Assembly (NCBI RefSeq): GCF_006345805.1
Contig: NC_042999.1
Coordinates: 33,542,001 to 33,606,000 of the forward strand
From: Octopus sinensis
Lineage: Eukaryota
Reading direction: 5' to 3'
Length of the DNA stretch: 64,000 bases
Every line of letters begins with the position of its first letter. Positions within the stretch are counted from its first letter, which is position 1. Under the pieces are notes generated by a model that was given only the letters and a program-made list of their open reading frames with translations, had not been told where the DNA came from and ran no database searches. Below are positions 56,125 to 64,000 of the stretch, piece after piece. The position numbers were made by a program, and so were the translations under genes.

Positions 56125-56246
56125 GGTGACCGATAGAATAAGTACTGGGCTTACAAAGAATAAGTCCCGGGTTCGATTTGCTCGACTAAAAGGCGGTGCT
56201 CCAGCATGGCCGCAGTCAAATGACTGAAACAAGTAAAAGAGAGTAA
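56125..56246 (+). mobile_element. SINE family A, 3' half
   Basis: GATAGAATAAGTACTGGGCTTACAAAG...GAAACAAGTAAAAGAG. Confidence 0.8.
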
Positions 56247-56346
56247 ATGAGATCTTTCCAAGAAAAAAGAAGTGTAGAATGTAGAAAGGTTGAATGAGAG
56301 AATCATGGAGACTGTAACCTTTCGCATGAGTTGTGATGAAACACCC

Positions 56347-56740
56347 GGAGGCACAATGGTCCAGTGGTTAGGGCAGCGGACTCGCGGTCATAGGATCGCG
56401 GTTTCGATTCCCAGACTGGGCGTTGTGAGTGTTTAATGAGCGAAAACACCTAAAAAGCTCCACGAGGCTCCGGCAGGGGATGGTGGTGATCCCTGCTGTA
56501 CTCTTTCACCACAACTTTCTCTCACTCTTACTTCCTGTTTCTGTTGTACCTGTATTTCAAGGGGCCGCCCTTGTCACACTCTGTGTCACGCTGAATATCC
56601 CCGAGAACTACGTTAAGGGTGCACGTGTCTGTGGAGTGCTCAGCCACTTACACGTTAATTTCACGAGCAGGCTGTTCCGTTGATTCGGTTCAACCGGAAC
56701 CCTCGTCGTCGTAACCGATGGAGTGCTTCCACCAATGAAA
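56347..56740 (+). mobile_element. SINE family C with alternative 3' half
   Basis: GGAGGCACAATGGTCCAGTGGTTAGGGCAGCGGACTCGCGG...GGTTTCGATTCCC head. Confidence 0.85.
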
Positions 56741-57282
56741 CACCTGAAATTTTCCCAAATGACAGACCAAAAAAATGTAATACATGATCCAAAATCTATA
56801 AATAACTTGTTCACAATTTAGTTCACTTTTAGGAGTGGACTTGTTAGATGTGGTAGGGATCATTATTGAAGGATGATGTAAAATAATAAAGATCTTAATA
56901 TTGAACTAGAAGAACATTGCACAAATTGGGGTTAGCTTATGAAATTGAATACCCTGACGACAGGCTTGAGTTTTAGTGTTACAAAGACATAGGAGGCCAT
57001 CGATAAGATAACTTTATCATAGGCCTCCTTCAGTAGAAATTTTTATGTAATTAATTGCATTTTTGTGATCATTGAAGGTCATTTGTTTCCATAAACAGAA
57101 AAATATATTGATTGAATCTATACCAACGAGCGTGATCTACTGTCTTCAATTTTCTACAGTTTTATATTCTGTTCACAAACATTTATTCAATAACTGCCGG
57201 AGAATAAGATCAAGTGTTCCACACCAGCATCGGTTGTCAAGCGATGCAAGGGAGACAAACACAGACACACAAACATATACAT

Positions 57283-57315
<33 letters not shown>

Positions 57316-57917
57316 ACATATATATCATATATATATATATATAAAACATATATATCATATATATGGAGAGAGAGACGGCAGACAGAGGGTGGGAGAGAGA
57401 AAGAGTCCGAGAGATAGAAATGCTAGACACATACAGATATATAAAATAACATGCCACATAAATTATTGAGGACATGTCATAATTATCAAGTGGTATTTAA
57501 GACCAACTTCAATGGGGAAAGGATGATAATCACACGAATCAAATATTCTCCAAAAGAGACATGACAGTAAACAACATTTCAGTCTTATTGTCCGGAGATA
57601 AATGACAGTCGTGAATACGTGTTTATGGCTTGCTTTACAACTGGAGATAGTCTTCATTGTTATTCGGTAATTATGTCACATCCTCTACAGGCGGAGATAA
57701 TTTTAGTTTGTGTCGTATGTAATTTGATGTACTCGCATGTCTCTGTTATTCAAATACATTCCGCTGGCCGGTTTCTTTTATTTCTGTTATTGCATTTTTG
57801 ACTAAAGCATATTCTTTTATTTTTTACGTTTTTTTTCCTTGTACGTGTTTCAGTCATTTGACTTCAGAAAACATATGCATGTATATGTTTGTGTGTGAGT
57901 ATGCATTTATATATACA

Positions 57918-58080
57918 TAGGTGCAGGAGTGGCTGTGTGGTAAGTAGCTTGCTTACGAACCACATGGTTCCGGGTTCAGTCCCACTGCATGGCATCTGGG
58001 GCTAGTATCTTCTGCTATAGCCCCGGGCCGACCAGTGTCTTGTGAGTGGATTTGGTAGACGGAAACTGAAAGAAGCCTGT

Positions 58081-58131
<51 letters not shown>

Positions 58132-58344
58132 ATGTGTGTGTGTGGGTTTGTGTGTTTGTGTTTGTCCCCGATGCTGGTGTGTTTACGTCCCCGTCACTTA
58201 GAGGTTCGGCAAAAAGAGACTGATAGAATAAGTACTGAGCTTACAAGAATAAGTCCCGGGGTCGATTTGGTCGACTAAAGGCGGTGCTCCAGCATGGCCG
58301 CAGTCAAATGACTGAAATAAGTAAAAGAGTAAAAGAGTAAAGAG
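57918..58344 (+). mobile_element. SINE family A, full length
   Basis: GCAGGAGTGGCTGTGTGGTAAG...GGGTTCAGTCCC head through (GTAAAAGA)n tail. Confidence 0.9.
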
Positions 58345-58350
58345 CATATG

Positions 58351-58420
<70 letters not shown>

Positions 58421-59844
58421 GTGTATATATATGTGTATATATATATAAATGCATATATGTGTGTGTATATATATATATATATACACACACATATATATAT
58501 ACACATATAACGTGGAAGACCTTTTCTAAGGTAAATCATTCGAAATATTATCGAGCTATATGATGCCGGCATATAAAGGTGATGAGTGATACTGCAGACT
58601 ATTCATATAATATAGTAGTAAAATGTCGTTTTGTTTGTATCTTCTAAGTGTAATAGTGAACGTTATAAATTGTGAATATGATCAAATTAGATAGTGGATG
58701 GATTGTTTTCTTCATTTTTCATGAAACGATTTAGTTCTATCTATATTTATGGTGAATATTCGCCAACAACTCCCACTCATTATGACAACATTCATCAAAT
58801 CTTTCCTTCCGTTTCACATTGAACGGCTTCCATACTATACCTCGCTAACACTAAAGTGCCTTTGTGAATGAAAAAATAATTTACGGCAAACGAATATCGG
58901 TCATTCACATCAGATAAAATAACCGAAGATTATAAATTATGTACATATATGGTATACATATATCGAGGTATATAGCTGATACATATATGGAAGTATATAG
59001 TTGTATAATACATATGTCTTACGTATATATATATATATATATATACAAGTTAAGAAAATGGAGAAATACATCTAAATCAAATATCAATTACCAGATAATA
59101 CTCAATCACATACTTTATATATATATATATATATCCAACTATCTATATATGTATATATATATATATATATATTATGTACATATAAGAAGATTACAAAGTA
59201 ATAAACGATTATTTTATAGACTTCATTTGCTTACTGTTGTTTCTGGTATAATATGCAATCAAGTTCTAGTTGAGCGTAACACTTTAAAGCTTCATCAGAG
59301 CATAAAATATGCAAGTCAATTTCTAGTTGAGTATAACACTTTAAAACTTCATCAGAGCATAGAATATGCAGTGTAGTTTATGCGGAAGAAGAATTACATT
59401 TATAACTATATATATACAGGAGAAATCATTATAAATAGGAAAGTGAACACTCACGTCGGAGATTTAAGTGAAGGGGTCCTCCCCACTTGTCCATTAGTAA
59501 ATGTTTTTGAACTTCAAAATGTTAATGACGCTAAATGTTTTAGTTTTTCTCTCCCCTTCCCATACATCTTTTATTCGTTCTTCTCCCTATCGTCCTTTCA
59601 TTATATGAGTTCGTGGGTCTGTGCGTGTCTACGTAAGTATGTCTCTGTAAATATATATATGTATATATGTACACCTATAGGCATATATATGTGTATGTGT
59701 ACGTGGTGTGTGTGTGAGTAAGTATGTATGTTTTTTTCTTCTGTATCATATGGGTGGGTGTATATGTATGTATGTATTTGTATATATATATATATGTGTG
59801 TGTGTGCGTGTGTCTGAGTGTGCATCTGTGTGGGTGAGTATACT

Positions 59845-60010
59845 CTCTCTTTTACTCTTTTACTTGTTTCAGTCATTTGACTGCGGCCATGTTGGAGCAC
59901 CGCCTTTAATCGAGCAACTCGACCCCTTTTGTAAGCCCAGTACTTATTAAGTAACGGGGACATAAACACACCAGCATCGGTTGTGAAGCAATGCTAGGAG
60001 GACAAACACA
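59845..60010 (-). mobile_element. SINE family A, 3' half
   Basis: TACTCTTTTACTTGTTTCAGTCATTTGACTGCGGCCATG. Confidence 0.8.
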
Positions 60011-60429
60011 CAATACATACAGTTAGAAGTAATTACCTTAATATTCTAAATTTGGTTATACCAAAGTTTATTCTATTTAGCGTAGGACTCGGAACTTTCA
60101 TCCTCGACGTAAACGATGGTTTTCTCAGTGGTAATGTTTTTCCTATATATATGCATAGATGCATTAATTCTTTTCGCAAATGTACAGCATTTCAGACTCG
60201 AGATTCTGATTAACCTAAAAATATACTGGACACAATTATGTATCCATTTCATTTTATAGCAGAAAAAGCTGTAAGCTAATGACGCTCAGAAGATAATCGT
60301 TTATACTTTTGACTTCTTATTTTCTTGTGCTCGACTAGTGCTTCTTTCTGAAGCATATGTATATAGAATTCTACACTTGGTTATTAGATTCCCGTGGCTG
60401 TATGGTAAGTAGCTTGCTTACCTCGCTTA

Positions 60430-61880
60430 CGCATTCGTGAGTTTGTCAGTCACTTTCGAAAGTGAACACTCTCAAGGTGTGTTTTGAAGCTGTCCGTAAT
60501 TAAAGAATCGTTGAAGGCACGACTGCTAGGTAGGCGTCTGCCTTTTTAGGGATTCAGTAGGGGATTTTTTAATTTTTTTGATATTGTTTTATTTTTCGAA
60601 TAAGAAATCCTCACTGGTTCCTAGACACTTGCTGTGAGAATTGTTGTTTGGTGGGCGTGTCTCGATACCATAATTTGAAAAATGTATGAATTCGTGGAGG
60701 ACGTTTTGCGTGCTGTGACGAGGAACTGGAGAACCTGTATTCTTGTGGATTACCTGAGTGGCGGAATTCTGTTGCCGTGAATTGAAATGTCTTCCTTCGT
60801 TCTTTTTCTCTGTTCTGTCTTTCTGTTCTTTTTTGTGATTTTATTGGACATTTTATTTGGAAAGTTTTGGATTTTGTGTTGAATATTTTTCTTTATTTTT
60901 TTCTTTTGCAACAAGGCAACTGAAAAACAAAACACTGTATTGGAGTGGCGAATTGTGGCCCCCAAGCAGTGGGGAAAAACTTTAATGAGAGAACGGTGGT
61001 GTTGAGTACATATTCCAAGTCCCTCGACACCATCGCTGTGTTGTCTCAGTCGGCAGAATATCTGCCAACTATTACGTTTATTGCAAGGAGTGTCAAATAT
61101 GCAACGGTGTGGTTGCTGTTTGATACCACTGGGGAGGCTCGAGATTTTGCGAGCCAACCCTTCGAAGTGGAAAAATTCTGTTTCTCCCCACAAATGGCGG
61201 GAGGAAATTGACAAGAGCTTGGGTGTGTGAGCTGCCACCAGGAATAGAATTCGAGTGGATAGAAGACACTATCCGTCGGGGTCTGGGTGGCAGCAGAGCC
61301 AAGTTCTTAAATATCAACATTCTGCCAGCAGCCGATTGGGTAGGGTCCACACCAGTTTTGACCCTGTGGGCCCGGTCAGCCGATAATCTGGTTTTTCCAG
61401 ATATTTTTAGGATGGCCGGATGCAAGTACCCTGTGATTATTGAGGGTCGCCCCTCACTCCTGATGTCATCGGTGACTGAAGCCTTGCCATATAAAGAAAA
61501 ACTGTTCTCAGGAACAAAGCAGTCCTGGAGCAGTTGATGGAGACTTCTGTAGAAGAAGGAACGAAGGCGACGGTTGGGGCGGAAGGCTCCTCAAAGAAGG
61601 GAAGCAAGAGGAAGAAGGTGAGCAAAAATGGGTGCTCACCAAAGGATCCTAGGGATGAAGGAGGGGAGGCGAATCTCCCGGTCACGGAGGAGAAGCACCC
61701 TCCTCCAGTTGAGAAGAAACAACTGAGGAAGAGGAAGGGAAGCGGGACATTGGCGGCAGTCGGTGACATATCACCGAAATGTCCCGGAACCTCGTGAGTA
61801 GGGGTTGTGCCACTGGCAGGGGAAGAGACTCCGTGGCGGGTATCTTGCTGTCAACGATAGAATTGACTACCTCGACCCCT
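60430..61880 (+). mobile_element. Probable L1/Tx1-like 5' UTR + ORF1 relic
   Basis: GC-richer island; frameshifted reading NFNERTVVL...WVCELPPGIEFEWI...KYPVIIEGRP followed by a low-complexity basic tail, typical of Tx1-type ORF1; boundaries approximate. Confidence 0.55.
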
Positions 61881-62689
61881 CGGAGGAGGACAAATTATTT
61901 CCTCATTCATAGATTTAAAGAAACCTGAAGATACTTAGAAATCTCATGAGACTTTGTAGTAATAAAGCCACTCAAAATAATAATAACAGGTACTGGTACA
62001 AATATCCGCCAATAAAAGCTATTATTAGTGGTGCGGAAAAAGAAACAAAATTCTAACATGATACAAAGCAGCATGAAACATACACAAAACAGAAAATAGT
62101 TTAATTTACGAATGTAAAATAAAATCATCGTGAAAATAACGTCGACATTCTATTAAATGAACTTCGTATTTTCATTAATGATAATAACAAATCAATTTCG
62201 CAACAACGGATTGACCAAATGATTTGTATTACACCCGCTAATACATTTACTAACCAAAATAAATGTTATTAGAGAGCATTAGCTGAATATATATGGAGTC
62301 AAGAAGTTTCGATTTCAAACTGCTGTTGAATATGAGAGGTACTAATCCCGCCTGCAATGGCAAAACCAAATAATAATTAACAATCAGCAAAATAATATCG
62401 TGTTGTGTCTAGGGAGAGTCATTCTCTTTACTGCCTTAATATTTATCTCACTCATCGGTAAAGTATACACTCATTTACTTATTTATATTACCTATCTACC
62501 TATTCGCCACTATGTCTATCTGTTTACATTCATATCCATTTGCCTACATACATGTGCAGATACATATACGTATACAGATATACATACACACACACATACA
62601 TGCATCTATATAACAGCCCACTAAATATTCTAGCTGTATATAAATATAAACTTTGGGTATGGGGGAATGACTACCTACTACATATATTT

Positions 62690-63115
62690 CTGTTTAGTAG
62701 TGAGGACGTACTTCTGTATTTGCCTGAGTGTCTGGTCCTTTGGGAGTTTGAATAAAATGTCAAATTGACCCACGTTGCCTCCATGTAGGTCCTTGGCATG
62801 TTGGTAGAGAATTGAGGACTGCCTTTTTGTCGTCATATTGTCTCTAATGTTTCATCTAGTCTTTCCGTAATGCTCCTAGATGTATCTCTTAAATATGTAA
62901 TGTTCATGTCTTTATGCTGTTTCTAGTTCTACAGTTTATGCCAGAGTTAATCCTACATACCATGCAGTTATCATTGTTGCATATGGTATTCTCAAAGGGG
63001 TATGCCCTATATAGTTGTGATCTGATGCAGTTCCCTGGCTTTTCAACGATCTTTATGTTGAATTTGGTCCCATACAGACAGTATTATACAGGTATAATAT
63101 TTAGTGGAATGTTAC
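62690..63115 (-). mobile_element. Penelope-like element relic: Cys-rich linker + GIY-YIG endonuclease (Neptune-like)
   Basis: KIVEKPG..QLYRAYPF..CNNDNCMVC..NCRTRN, then in shifted frames TYLRDTSRSITERLDE and SSILYQHAKDLHGG (Y-GETxR..ERL.EH and ..H..H patterns). Confidence 0.65.
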
Positions 63116-64000
63116 GTAGATGTATGTATGTGTGTATATGTATACGTATATGCATGTGCACATGTATGTAGGTAAATGGATATCAATATAAAAAGACAGA
63201 CATACAGGCGGATAGGTACGTAGGTTATATGAACAGACAAGCACACATGCATACATATATACGCAAATGAAGACAGAAACATGTGATAATGTACAGACAC
63301 ACCTCACTACATACAAGGACACATATGGAGACACACACCCATACATACAAACACTACATAGTCACAAAAAACCCTTTCACGGACACACTCAGACATACAC
63401 ATACAAGGAGACAGAGGTACACACAAATGCAAACACACACACATAAAAACAGACACGAACTCACAAACACATGAATATGCAGAATACATACATACAAGCG
63501 TACACACGTACATAAATATGTACATATGCACACACATGCATGCATATATACACATACAAATATATATACATACATACTTGTCTATGCATGCACACACACA
63601 CTGATCCACACACATGCGCACAAACAAACAGAAAGAACGCAGCTCGGACAATGGACAGAGGCAACGACTATTGAATAGGTTACAAGACTGAACGAAAGTT
63701 TAGGAAAAATTAATACGTAAATGAGTGGAAACTTTACCGGCGAGTGTGTTAAATAATAAAGTACTAAAAGAGAATGACTCTCCCCAGACACAACAACATA
63801 TGCTGCAACATACGAACTCATAGAATCTTGCAAACCAGATCCAAAAACGAAGTAAAGTAATATCTGATAAATTTTAAAATAAACTGATATAAACATTGTA
63901 AGTGCTCACTAAACGACTGTAAATATTCGATATTCAACTGAAATCATTGTTATTTTCAATATCGAAAGATTTTTCTTTATATTATCTACATTTATATCAT

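Noticed and set aside
59264-59370. 57-bp tandem pair each with CTGATGA on the minus strand
   Set aside because: No GAAA and no stem I partner; kept only as a small duplication.
60080-60140. Minus-strand CTGAGAA...GAAAGTTCCGAGTC resembling a decayed hammerhead
   Set aside because: G8 is lost, stem II is mismatched and there is no stem I.

Overview
AT-rich eukaryotic genomic DNA dominated by microsatellites ((TA)n, (CA)n, (TAA)n, (GATA)n, (TATG)n) and transposon debris. The tRNA-headed SINE families and repeat style suggest an octopus genome; this is inference from pattern recognition, not a database result. No intact protein-coding gene is recognisable, and nearly all ORFs in the track are microsatellite artefacts. 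Recognisable elements: an RTE LINE with a 5' inversion, several R4/Dong-like RLE LINE fragments sitting in (TAA)n, L1-Tx1-like ORF1 and ORF2 fragments (the ORF2 one inside (GATA)n), two Tc1/mariner relics, a decayed hAT-like transposase, a Penelope-like GIY-YIG relic and three SINE families. The most interesting signal is non-coding: short islands between (TA)n tracts repeatedly carry type I hammerhead ribozyme (HHR) folds with palindromic stem III. The best case is a 487-bp unit in tandem plus inverted copies (53654-55242) with a canonical core and an unusually long stem II, i.e. a retrozyme / Penelope pseudo-LTR-like array. Other islands carry core variants (G3:C8 swap, A6U plus inserted A, U4C), and one fold-back junction falls exactly on an HHR stem III palindrome. 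All folds were paired by eye; none has been tested or computed.
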